This document shows positions 25,400 through 37,845 of a stretch of 64,000 nt of DNA, piece by piece. Source of the stretch: Octopus sinensis. Lineage: Eukaryota. Position 1 is the first letter of the stretch. Each line of letters starts with the position of its first letter. The stretch spans positions 200,632,001 to 200,696,000 of the forward strand of contig NC_042998.1 of assembly GCF_006345805.1 (NCBI RefSeq), written 5' to 3'. A program made the translations under genes and the position numbers. The notes beneath the pieces are model-generated. The model made no database searches, was not told where the DNA came from, and saw only the letters and a program-made list of their open reading frames with translations.

Positions 25400-25665
25400 C
25401 AATAAAAAAAAATAATAATGATAAAAAGAAGAAGTAGAAGAAGAGGAACTAGAACAAGAAAAAGTAGAAGAAGAACTAGACAAAGAAGAAGAAGAAGACG
25501 AAGAAGAAGAAGAAGAGAAGAAGAAGAAGAAGAAGAAAAAGAAAAGAAGAAGACGAAGAAGAAGAAGAAGAACTAGAACAAGAAGAAGTAGAAGAACTAG
25601 ACAAAGAAAAAGTAGAAGAAGAAGAACTAGAAGAAGAAGAAGAGGAAGTAGAAGAAGAAGAAAGC
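25337..25665. repeat. (AAT)n plus degenerate (AAG)n with a recurring AGAAGAACTAGA unit
   Basis: Direct reading. Confidence 0.92.
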
Positions 25666-26050
25666 TAAATTGAAGATCAAATAAATTCCACATGTGCTTA
25701 TTTGCAAAATGATCATCCATAATTATTTGTGTGTGTGTGTGTGTGTTTGTGTGTGAGTGCGTGTGAATATACAACTAGAAGAGCATGGAATATGAAGAGT
25801 AATGCCATGAGAGACCATATGCTTAGAGGGTTATTTTCTTCCGTAAGTGTAACGTAGATGATTACGAAGAGCACAAGTCTGAAACAATGGGATTTGACCG
25901 CCAAAGACATAGGTATGAGACGAAATTTGTAACAGTTTTTAATCTGTAGTACTCATGTGTTACGTTTTAACTGTTTTATAGAAATGGTAGAAATATATCG
26001 GAAATCTGAATATACATTATAAAGTGAGAGTGGGGAAAATCACGAAGATA

Positions 26051-26453
26051 TCTTTATATATAAAAGTAAGGTTGTGTGCTGTCTGTCTCCTACGATTTAG
26101 ATTCCTAACTACTCCCACATTTTGCGGTGCAGTTTAACTAAAACTGGGTATCTTATAGTCGTGATTCATATCGAGCCCTTCTGGGTATTAGCGCGCGTCT
26201 ACGATGAGTCTACGATTTAAAAAAAAAATTACCATCAATTTTTCCCATTTTAATGCATTTTTTCGCTATTATATAAGGGAAGTAACTCTCTAAAAATGTC
26301 TACGGCGAGTCAACGGTTTAAAAAAAAATTTACCATCATTTTTTTTTCAATTTTTAATGCATTTTTTTGGCTATTTTTTGGCTATAACTCTCTAAAAATG
26401 CTTATATAGTTATTTCCCTTACAAACCCGAACAACGCCGGGCGATACTGCTAG
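26051..26453 (+). mobile_element. Non-autonomous Helitron (403 bp)
   Basis: Inserted A|TC...CTAG|T; subterminal hairpin CCCG-AACAACGC-CGGG (26426-26441); two internal copies of a ~95-bp unit. Confidence 0.85.
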
Positions 26454-27017
26454 TATAGATTATAACGTGAGAGTGGGAAAAATCACGAATACTTAAATAC
26501 ATAAGGCAAAAAGGTTTTGTTGCATGAAAACAAAATAGACACAAAGACGGACGAACAGACAGAGGAACATACTGACTGATAGTCACACACTCACGTATAT
26601 TCAAGCAGATATAGATGTAAAGGCAGATAAAGTTGCGGGTGAGAGGGAAACGTTAGGAAATAAGAAGGTGGTGAAAAACTCCAAGAAGAAACGCTGTAAT
26701 AGATTGAGATACGTATTCGATATTATATAAACGATTATCGTAAGTTTTCATCAATTTTCTCATTCATTCTGTAAATAACCGATATCGATTATATTTACGA
26801 TGTAAACCAATACTTTTTCTTCAGAAATCAACATTGTAATTATGAATGTAGGAAAAAAAAGGGTGGTGGGGGAAGATGGAACGCCTGCAGCCAAAATTAC
26901 GTAGCTTGTAGACGATATAATGTTATATGATTGGAAACTATTTATTAAACTCTATTGCAGAGAAATGAAAAGTAAACAAATGACAACCATATTCAAAGAA
27001 CCCAATGATTATATGCA

Positions 27018-27018
27018 C

Positions 27019-27112
<94 letters not shown>

Positions 27113-27141
27113 CTATCTATCTATCTATCTATCTATCTATA

Positions 27142-27177
<36 letters not shown>

Positions 27178-27228
27178 CATGTATATATCTATCTATCCAT
27201 CTGTCTATCACTATCTATCTAATCTACA

Positions 27229-27315
<87 letters not shown>

Positions 27316-27390
27316 ATGTATATATCTATTAATCTATCCATCTATCTATCTCTATCTAATATACATATCTATCTATCAATCTAATATATA

Positions 27391-27448
<58 letters not shown>

Positions 27449-27449
27449 A

Positions 27450-27513
<64 letters not shown>

Positions 27514-27562
27514 GTGTGTATATATATATGTGTGAGCCTACGTATATGCGTATGCATATATG

Positions 27563-27595
<33 letters not shown>

Positions 27596-27600
27596 CAAAT
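27018..27600. repeat. (TATC)n/(TA)n/(TG)n compound microsatellite
   Basis: Direct reading. Confidence 0.95.
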
Positions 27601-28079
27601 ATGCATGTGCATATATACATATACATGCACGTTTATAAATTTTATATGCACATAAATATTATAGACATATAATTATGTATGTATGTATGTGTGTGTAATA
27701 TATACGTCTCAATGTGTGGGGCATGTGCATATATATATATATATGCACGTATATGTCTATACGTATATAGATAGATATACTTATATAAAATCAATAAATG
27801 GATGAAGATATTGGTATTATATTTATTACCTGGTTACCATTGTTTCCATAATAGATGGGTTAGTTATATCATTTAACATGCGAAAATCAATATAAGCAAT
27901 GAGTTTGTAATTTTATACGATATTAAATGTAACCCGCTTCGGCCATCTCATCCCGATCACGAAAAGATGCTCAATATAAGTATGCATGCACTATATACAA
28001 AACGTGGATACAGACATACGCGTATACAAACACAAAAAGAATATATGTATGTGTGAGTGTTTGTATGTATGTTTGTGTG

Positions 28080-28132
<53 letters not shown>

Positions 28133-28178
28133 ATATATATATATATACATATATATATATATGTATATATGTATGTAT

Positions 28179-28238
<60 letters not shown>

Positions 28239-28241
28239 CAT

Positions 28242-28353
28242 AGCGTAGGCTCGAAACGTAAAAGACTTTTTTCTATTCCTGAGCGTTATAATCATACATC
28301 TGTTTGCTTTGTACGCCACCTGTCTTCGTCTTTTGTTTTTTTTCGTAAACTCT

Positions 28354-28356
<3 letters not shown>
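28242..28356 (+). mobile_element. 5'-truncated family H2 module (3' half of hammerhead) embedded in (TA)n
   Basis: AGCGTAGGCTCGAAACGTAAAAGACTT identical to 14171-14197; (TA)n on both sides. Confidence 0.75.
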
Positions 28357-28395
<39 letters not shown>

Positions 28396-28634
28396 CATTC
28401 ATGTAGTTGTGCATAACTATTTCTACGTGTATATTTATATAGATATTTTGTTATCACCATGTGACTGCATGCATATATATGTGTGCCCGTGAGTGTTTGA
28501 AAATTTGTTGGTGTTAAATTACTTATGGTATGGCGAACTTATTAATTGTTAACCTGAATCCGAAAACGTACTGTTCGGAATCACGATAATTATTTTCACT
28601 TCCGACAATCTCCATGTGTTGTTCAATGATTCCA

Positions 28635-29120
28635 AGGCGGAAGGCTGGCAGAAATGTTAGCGCGCCTGGCAAATTTCAGAGCGGCATTTCAACCCTCTTT
28701 ATGTTACGAGTTTAAATTACGCTGAGGTCGACATCACTTTTGTCTACTTTGAGGTGGTGGTTGTGATGGGGCGTCGATAGAATAAGTACCAGCTGCGCAC
28801 TGCGGTCCTGTGCCAAAATTTTAGATCAATAATGTTTTCATGCAACACACTTACCGTTTATGTATTAAGAAGCAAAAGTAAAAAGAAACGCATTCACTAA
28901 AGCTGTCTTCGTTCTCTCCGGTATTTTTTGTAAATCAAGAAGACTCCCGCTTCGCTCATTTCGTCGAGGTCCAACTTTGCCTTTCATTCTTTCAGGTCGA
29001 CATCACCTTTCATCCATTTCGAGATGGTGGGTCAATAAATTAAGTACCAGCTGAGTACCGAGGTCGATTAATCGACCGATCCCCATCTCCGAAATTGCGG
29101 ACCATGTGCCAAAATATGAA
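28635..29120 (+). mobile_element. Two degenerate SINE family A copies (about 28635-28822 and 28940-29120)
   Basis: Eroded head, core GAGGTC(G/C)AC/AAGTACCAG and CC(T/A)TGTGCCAAAA-type tail. Confidence 0.65.
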
Positions 29121-30019
29121 CCCGACATTCTACTGTCCGAAATGTGTCTTGTACATGGTTGTTTATATATAATGATAACGATATTCAAAGAACCCAATGA
29201 CTATATGCACATCTATCTATCTATCTATCTATCTATCTATGATTGAAGGAAAAACTCATTAACATATACACGGTTTCGTTACATGGTACGGAGTGATGAA
29301 TTTGCAGTTTATAGTCACAATACAGGACTCCCAAGGATTTATGATTGCGACACAGATGACAAAATAAAATAAATTCGTTTGTATTTTTCAGCACGTATTC
29401 AATGCTCTGCTTCCTTACTTCAGCTAGTGAAACTCTCATTAGTGTAATGAGAGTCATTGGGCACATTCAGAGCGATGGAAAACCCCGCAAGTAATTGAAA
29501 TGTTTGGACGAGACTGATAAATTACCTAGTTGGAAAATGGATCAAGCAACGGACAGCTCACTGGATTTCACCTTTATACATAATTTAATGTCTGTATACA
29601 TAATCGTTTTGAAACAGAATCAATTCAGAAAATATTGGACTAGAAACTGAAGCGTTGCCATATATATCCATTTAAAATTTAATCGAACCAACAGCAGCGA
29701 AGATTCCGCTGTAACGAATGTGAAATTTAGAACTGTGCTGTGAAAGTTTAAAAGTAAATGCAATTATACTACGTTAGCTGTCTTAATCATCCTTCCTGTA
29801 TGTTCTGACGTATTTTTATACCACTCGTAGGTGCTTCCTCGACTATAAAGTTGAGAAACTGATTTCAATTTTATATATGTTCACTCGCATTAATTACAGT
29901 AAAAATGAGACAAAAACGCATTTAACATAAAATGTAATGAATTAAAAAAAACAACATATCAGCACTACATCCAAACATATATTCAAATATTTACACACAT
30001 AAACTCAAACACAGACACA

Positions 30020-30138
30020 CACATACACACACACACAACACACACACACACACACACACATACACATATATATATATACATATACACATACGCACATATA
30101 CACTTACATAGTTTAAGTACGCACACACACACACACAC

Positions 30139-30180
<42 letters not shown>

Positions 30181-30185
30181 TATAC

Positions 30186-30216
<31 letters not shown>

Positions 30217-30258
30217 TGTATATGTACATATATATATATATATTATATATATATATAC

Positions 30259-30319
<61 letters not shown>

Positions 30320-30340
30320 CACGCCCACACATACACACAC
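30020..30340. repeat. (CA)n/(TA)n array
   Basis: Direct reading; similar arrays at 30770-30950, 33665-33810, 47610-47770, 48557-48620, 50825-51000, 52280-52620, 56160-56400 and 62810-63000. Confidence 0.95.
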
Positions 30341-30518
30341 ATTTAATGCTCTTTATGACAAATCAATGACAACGCAAATCCCGAAATCCATTCTCAGATA
30401 TCTACGCATATTTGGCGGAGAAAAAAGCAGACAAATATATATATCTGCAAATCGAAAGCAAGGCTTAAGATATGCTAGCAGTCTAAAAAGAGAAAATAAA
30501 TAAGAAAAAGAAACATAT

Positions 30519-30552
<34 letters not shown>

Positions 30553-30871
30553 CAACAGAAAAACAAAATCTGTATATTCTGCCATAAGAGTGTCTTCCCG
30601 TATCGACTAATCTAAGTATAGACTTCAGAAGAAGGCATTCCTCTTGTAACGCTGCTAATGTATTTCTGATCATGTTCTATCATTCGATCATGTGTAATAC
30701 CAGCTGCTCTTTCGTAGCTGTGTGCACATTCCATGTAAACGCTACAACGTTTCTATGATATATTTACACACACACACACACTGATTATATATATATATAT
30801 ATGCATATACATATATATATATATATAGATACATACATACATACATATATACATACATATATACATATATA

Positions 30872-30923
<52 letters not shown>

Positions 30924-32089
30924 TATATATATATTATATATATATATATACGCAGCGTGGGTCCTCGCATATGCACACACGCAGCCACGCATCCCTCACA
31001 TAAATACACACGCATTCATTCACATTCGCTCCCATATATATATTTATTTATGCCTATATATGTGTATGTATGTTTGTGTGCGCATGTGTGTACATCTACA
31101 TGGGTATTTAGTGTGTATTTATTTATAGGTACGTATGAGTGTATGTATGTGCGTATGTCACACACATACAGAACAGCGTACAAACAACGTATATCTTCGC
31201 AAGATTAGGAAAGACGAACCCTTACGTGTCAGACACTTATTTTCAGCCCGCTCTGACTAGCTGTCAAGCTGACAATCCTGACAAGATTACACTACGACAC
31301 ATTGACAGTCTGGCAGACCCATTGGCATTCCGTTATTCAGTTAGAGAATTCTCGGCATACAGCTGACAGGTACATTAAACTATACATATATCAAATAGCT
31401 TAATATAGTTGAAAGACGTCCTCAGTATAGATTTCAGTGAAGCAGAACAGGATGAGAAATATCGAACACCGGACATGTGTATAGGTACGCCAGATTGAAA
31501 TTGTATAATCATTCATAGTTTTTGGTGATCTTGTTTTGCTAATAGTTAAATTTAGATTCTCCAGCTATGAAAGCTTTTTATCATTGTTAATATATATGTA
31601 CGCCTACTCTTCGGATTCGCCTATGTCTATCTGTAGAATTACTCAGCAAGCTATTTATTTGTTTATTTGTGTAATTAATTATACATTTTAACAAAATAAA
31701 CATTTTTGTACAGCTATTTTTTAGATGCTTGCATATTACGAAAATATTTTGGTTGAAATTCAGAATAAAACAGCCAAAGGGGAATAGTAATTAAGGAAGA
31801 AAAAGAACTCTCAGTACTGAATAAATGTTAGTTAGAAGTAAGAGTATATTATACGAGCGCAAGAATGGGATTTAAATTTATTCCTATTGCTACCAAGGCA
31901 AATAGTAAATCTAAATGCTTAAAATTTTGTTGGGAATTTGCGTAATATCGATTTCATGTTACACAGTGAAATCGACTTATCATATACAAATATTGTTTTA
32001 TACCAGTAATAGAATGTACAGTGAAGGCACAAATAGCATAATAGTAATGTGATTACATTGCCCAGTCGTAATATGACATGTTCGAAGAC

Positions 32090-32240
32090 AGCGACAAAAT
32101 GGCAGAATCGCCAGTACGCTGCGCAAAATGCTTCGCGACATTTTGTCTTTCTTTGTGTTTTGAGTTCAAAATCCGCCGAAGTCGATTTCGCTTTTCATCC
32201 TTAGAGGATGACTGAAATAAGAACCAGCTGACTTTAGCTG
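32090..32240 (+). mobile_element. Degenerate SINE family A
   Basis: TGGCAGAATCG..GAGTTCAAAATCCGCCGAAGTCGATTTCGCTTTTCATCC. Confidence 0.65.
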
Positions 32241-32527
32241 TAATCTAATAGACACTTCTCACTGTTTATTCCTTACATAGTTAAAGTAATTATCCTATTC
32301 GTTTCTTTCCCTCAAATATCTAAAACCGGAAGAGAAATATCTAACACCGGAAAGTTCAGTGGTTTATCTAAGACGGTATGATCTGTATAGGACGCTCACT
32401 CTGTACTAGAATGAATGCTAGAGAGAATTTAGAAAACATTTTGTAATATTTCCTTTAAAATTCAGGCGGCGACCTGATAGAATCGTTAGCAGAGAGAAAA
32501 TAATAAAAAAAGAAAAGAAACATAGTA

Positions 32528-32936
32528 GCGCAGGAGTGGCTGTGTGGTAAGTAGCTTGTTTACCAACCACATGGTTCCGGGTTCAGTCCCAATGCGTGGC
32601 ACCTTGGGCAAGTCCTTTCTACTATAGCCCCGGGCCGACCAAAGCCTTATGAGTGGATTTGGTAGACGGAAAGTGAAAGAAGCCCGTCGTATATATGTAT
32701 ATATATGTATGTATGTGTGTGTGTTTGTGTGTCCGTGTTTGTCCCCCTAGCATTGCTTGACAACCGATGCTGGTGTGTTAATGTCCCCGTCACTTAGCGG
32801 TTCGGCAAAAAGAGACCGATAGAATAAGTACTGGGCTTACAAAGAATAAGTCCCGGGGTCGAGTTGCTCGATTAAAGGCGGTGCTCCAGTATGGCCGCAG
32901 TCAAATGACTGAAACAAGTAAAAGTGTAAAAGAGTA
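32528..32936 (+). mobile_element. tRNA-derived SINE family B (CORE-like) with internal microsatellite
   Basis: Head GCGCAGGAGTGGCTGTGTGGTAAG..GGTTCAGTCCC; CORE-like CTTGGGCAAGT; internal (TA/TG)n; tail CAGTCAAATGACTGAAACAAGTAAAAG. Confidence 0.93.
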
Positions 32937-33687
32937 TAGTAAATCCATGATCAATGTTGCTGCAAAAAAAACGTAACGAGAAAATGGAAACGAAGATCCC
33001 TATCCCTTTCGATTCAAGAAATCGCCAAAAGGACAGGTCTCTTGGTTTTCTTGCTTTCGTTTATAACTTCTCGTGAAATTTTTTCCGCGTTTTATCGCGT
33101 TTATCGTCTCGTTTTCTTCTTATTTTCTCACTGCCCAGCGTCCTTGTTGCTTGTGAATACATGACATATTTTACGGTTATGGCTTGTTAAAGTATCATGA
33201 AAGCATGAAAATATCAGTAGCTCTTTCAGTATTTGCATTAAATTGAGAATTATTACTCACTGGTTTGAATACATTTTTTGTTGATTCTACTTATTTTGGA
33301 TCTACATAAATAAATACCTACATACCTACACACACACGCACGCCCACACACAAACATATATAAATCATTAGAAGAATCAATTTATGAGACGGAGTCCAAT
33401 AAATGTCATCAAATAAATGGAGCAGGTTTTGAGGCTAAAAGTTATTCCAGTTATTTGATGATAGTTATTGAACGCCGTGTAATACATTGATTCGTCTAAT
33501 GATCTTTTTTTATTTATACACATTCATACGGAAATGAAAAGAATCCTTTAAACAACGTATCATAAAGAAAGAAAACCTTGGAAACCTAAGGAATTATGCC
33601 CTGAATGGAAGATGTATTTTCATCCGAAGATATTATATATACACATACACACACACACTCACGCATATATGTATGTATGTATGTATG

Positions 33688-33721
<34 letters not shown>

Positions 33722-35083
33722 TGTATGTATGTATATGTATGTATGTATGTATGTATGCATGTATGTATGTATGTATACATGTATATATGCATGTATGTAT
33801 GTATATATGTGTGAATGTGAGAAATTATATCAATGAATCTACTTCATGAAAATTTCGTTTTAAAGAGAATCTTGAATGGCATTGTCCGTATAACGTAGGC
33901 TGTGCATATATAATTCTGTGTTTGCCGCTCTTATTTAGAATAATGTTCCATCAAATGATATCTGTTTACACTGTAGAATGTGCCATCTAAATAATAGAAA
34001 TTTTATTCATATTTAACGTACCTGTCTCAAAGCAAAGATCTGATTATACTGGTCAAACGAACAATGTTCGGAGATCGTACTATTGTACATGATACCGTTT
34101 CGATTGCAAAGTTCAACTTTTCGTGTATGCATTTACTTACATATAACAATACACACATATGCATACATACACACACATATACATACATATATATATATGC
34201 TTTAGTACATATACCTTTATGTATGTAATGCAGTTGTCTATACTACCCCCCACACACTATTCATATATCAAACAGACATATATATGAGTATATATATATA
34301 TATATTTATTTATTTATTTATTTATTTTGTTATGTGTGCATATATTGGTTTTTATCTGTACATGCGTCGAAATGCAAGCGTACAATTGAGCTCTTATATA
34401 CAAATTTATATTAAACATACGTACCTATTTGCATAATTTTATGTTTATCTACGTAATTAAAGTACGTAGGGACGAAAAAAATACATTTGCCTACGCTGTT
34501 CAAAGAAATGAATGTAAATGAAATGAAATTTGAAATGTAGATGGAATAGAAATAGAATATGTACATGCTATTATATTAGAATCATTGAGACTGAAAGAGA
34601 GGAGGGGTGGTGTATAGCGTAGTAAACTTATGATGGATAAAATTCATTTTGAATTCTGTATTTCATGTGAAAATGTAACCAAACATTGGAACATGATGTT
34701 GTGGCACTTTTGGTATAGCTCAATATATACCGCCACATAAAATTTTGTTTTTATGGCAGTATAACAAGATTACATTAATACAACCAGGAGTTTAATATTT
34801 AAATTGTTAACATTATGCATTTAATTTGCTAACTACAAATTGACTTTGATAATTTTATAATTGAAGACAGATTCTTAGTATATTTTGTTCGAAAATGTTC
34901 ATGGATTTTATATATCTGATAAATATTTTATGTAACTGTTTCCCATATTTAGATTTTAATTTAATTCCGTTATTCAGAACATATTGTTTCGCTTACTACC
35001 ATCCAACTGTGACACTAACCTTCATATAGCGTTTTCAAACTTTAATTTAATAATATTTAAATCTTTAGTTAAATATATCCATT

Positions 35084-35494
35084 GGAGCAGGAGTGGCTGT
35101 GTGGTAAGTAGCTTGCTAACCAACCACATGATTCCGGGTTCAGTCCCACTGCGTGGTATCTTGGGCAAGTGTCTTCTGCTATAGCCCCGGGCCGACCAAT
35201 GCATTGTGAGTGGATTTGGTAGACGGAAACTGAAAGAAGCCTGTGGTATATATGCATATATATATATATATGCGTGTGTGTGTTTGTGTGTCTGTGTCTG
35301 TCCCCCTAGCATTGCTTGACAACCGATACTGGTGTGTTTACGTCCCCGTTACTTAGCGGTTCGGCAAAAGAGACCGATAGAATAAGTACTGGGCTTACAA
35401 AGAATAAGTCCCGAGGTCGATTTGCTCGACTAAAGGCGGTGCTCCAGCATGGTCGCAGTCAAATGACTGAAAGAAGTAAAAGAATAAAAGAGTA
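35084..35494 (+). mobile_element. SINE family B
   Basis: Same architecture as 32528-32936. Confidence 0.93.
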
Positions 35495-36264
35495 AATAAG
35501 AATATTTTATACTGAATTTATATTGAGTGCTCTATTGTATAAAAATATTAATACCGTTAAAGTATTTATATATTTAATACGAGCGATATATACATATACA
35601 TTTTAGTAATATATTAATAATATTTATATCGAAGTTCATCACACTATAAACTAAAACGTTATGAAGGGCTTCCAGGGAGGATCATCAGAATATCGGAGAA
35701 AATTCTTTGTGGTATTTGTCCTGCTCTTTTACGTTCTGAGTTTATATCCCGAAGAGATCAGCTTCACCTTTCATCTTTTCTGATTTGATGAAATCAGTTA
35801 GATATATACTGTAGTGAAAAAGAGAAAAATAAAATTGCTATCCTTGGTTTCTAATTAGAAACAATTATTAATTGATATTTTATTAAATTCCACGTCATAC
35901 ATACTAAATGGGGCTGAGATTGAATTTTACGCATAGAGCTTTTAAACTGTGATTCTGGCAACTAGACGTGTCTTTTCATCGCTCTGCTTAGGAATTAGCA
36001 CGAAGGAACTCGTGTATATATATAGATATAAGAAAAATATTGAAGCAAACCATCTGTCATTAACATATAGTTGCATTTACAACGGCGGAGAGTCGCTGGG
36101 TATTTACTTGAGCTGCAAAAAATAGCATTTAAATTCTCTTCAATCAGTACTATAATATGTTAAAAATCTTAATGTTATATTGACTGAAAGTTTAATATAT
36201 TCAACAGTGACTGGAATAGTTTAAACATTGATCTCCTTGTTTTGAGTTGTATCAGACACATATT

Positions 36265-36610
36265 TTTTCTACTCCAGGAACAAGGCCCGAAACTTTTGAG
36301 GAGGGGGTTCAGTCAATTGGATCGAACCCAGTACGCAACTGGTACTTAATTTATCGACCCCCCCCCCAAACGGATGAAAGACAAAGTCGGCGTCGGCGGA
36401 ATTTGAACTCAGGACGTAAACACAAACAAAATACATCTTTCTTTTTATTACCGGCAAGGGGCTAAACACAGAGGGAACATCAAAGTCAGACAGGATTAAG
36501 TCGATTACATCGACCCCAGTGCGTAACTGGTACTTATTTAATCGTCCCCGAAAGGATAAAACGCAAAGTCGACCTCGGCGGAATATGAACTCTGAACGTA
36601 GCAGCTGACA
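36265..36610 (-). mobile_element. SINE family A composite (two units)
   Basis: Two cores; junction near 36436 is tail followed by a GTATTT restart; the last unit has the alternative tail. Confidence 0.85.
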
Positions 36611-37399
36611 AGATTCGAAACAGCAACCGGAACTCATTACAGTCACTTGTCAAAGTTGCCACCATCTTAGGTGAGGTAGATTTCACTTCAAATAATTCAC
36701 CCAATTACATTATTACTAGTTCAATTCTAAGGCAGGTATAATTTCGAGACACATTACAAAACCATTTTCTTTTCTCAGTAAGATTTAGAGAGTCATATCC
36801 CCACCCAACTCCATTTTTTTCTTTTCCACTCACTGACAGTTGACTTGTCATCAATGGCAAACATCCGCACGAAACAAATTATAGCAGTTTCAAAGCTGAC
36901 ACATATCTACTTATCAACAACAAACACAGGAAGGACTTACAAACGTATTCTAAAGAAAAGTATAAAATAAGGAAAAGTTTGTAAATAATTTGACACACAT
37001 ATTCACGCTTTTTTATATATAGATACACAAAATTACGGAACATTTAACTCCCTTGCGTTTGGGTTCCGATCACAGATAAACGAAATCAAATACAGCTGGT
37101 TAGTTTGCTTGTATGCATCATACGTTGTATCAACAGTTACTATTGAAAATTAATTATAACTGCATCACATTTTTGGATAACTTGCTAATTTTAGAGAGAG
37201 AGGCAGATTCATTCCACTGAAGAACTGTGCAGAAATGGTGCCTATGTTATTGACCTCGAAAGATAAATGGCAAAGCTGAACTGGATGGAATTTGAACTCA
37301 GAACGCAAATGTTAAGCAATCTGACTAAAGCCCTAACAATTCTGCAAGATTTTCACCTCAAATGAATAATAAAAATTATATCATTATTATTTGAAGTTA

Positions 37400-37845
37400 T
37401 AAGGTGGCGGGCTGGAAGAAATGTTAGCACTGGATTCGATATAATCGACTTAATTCGTTCGTCTGTCCTTGTTATACTTTCTGTTTAGACCCTTGTGGGT
37501 AGTAGAGAAATAGGTATTTCGTCTGCCGCTACGTTCTGTGTTCAAATTCCGCCGAGATCGACTTTGCCTTTCCTCCTTTCGGGGTCGATTAAATAAGTAC
37601 CAGTTACGCACTGAAGTCGATATAATCGACTTAATCTGTTTGTCTGTCCTTGTTTGTCCTTTCTGCGTTTAGCCCCTTGTTGGTAGTAAAGAAATAGGTA
37701 TTTCGTTTGTCTTAACGTTTTGAGTTCAAATTCCACCGAGGTCGACTTATCCTTTCGGGGTCGATAAATTAAAGTACCAGTTGTGTACTGGGTCGGCCTA
37801 ATCGACTGGCCCCTCCCCTAAAATTTCAGGCCTTGTGCCTAGAGT
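37400..37845 (+). mobile_element. SINE family A three-unit array
   Basis: GAAATA|GGTATTTCG junctions at 37512/37513 and 37696/37697. Confidence 0.9.
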
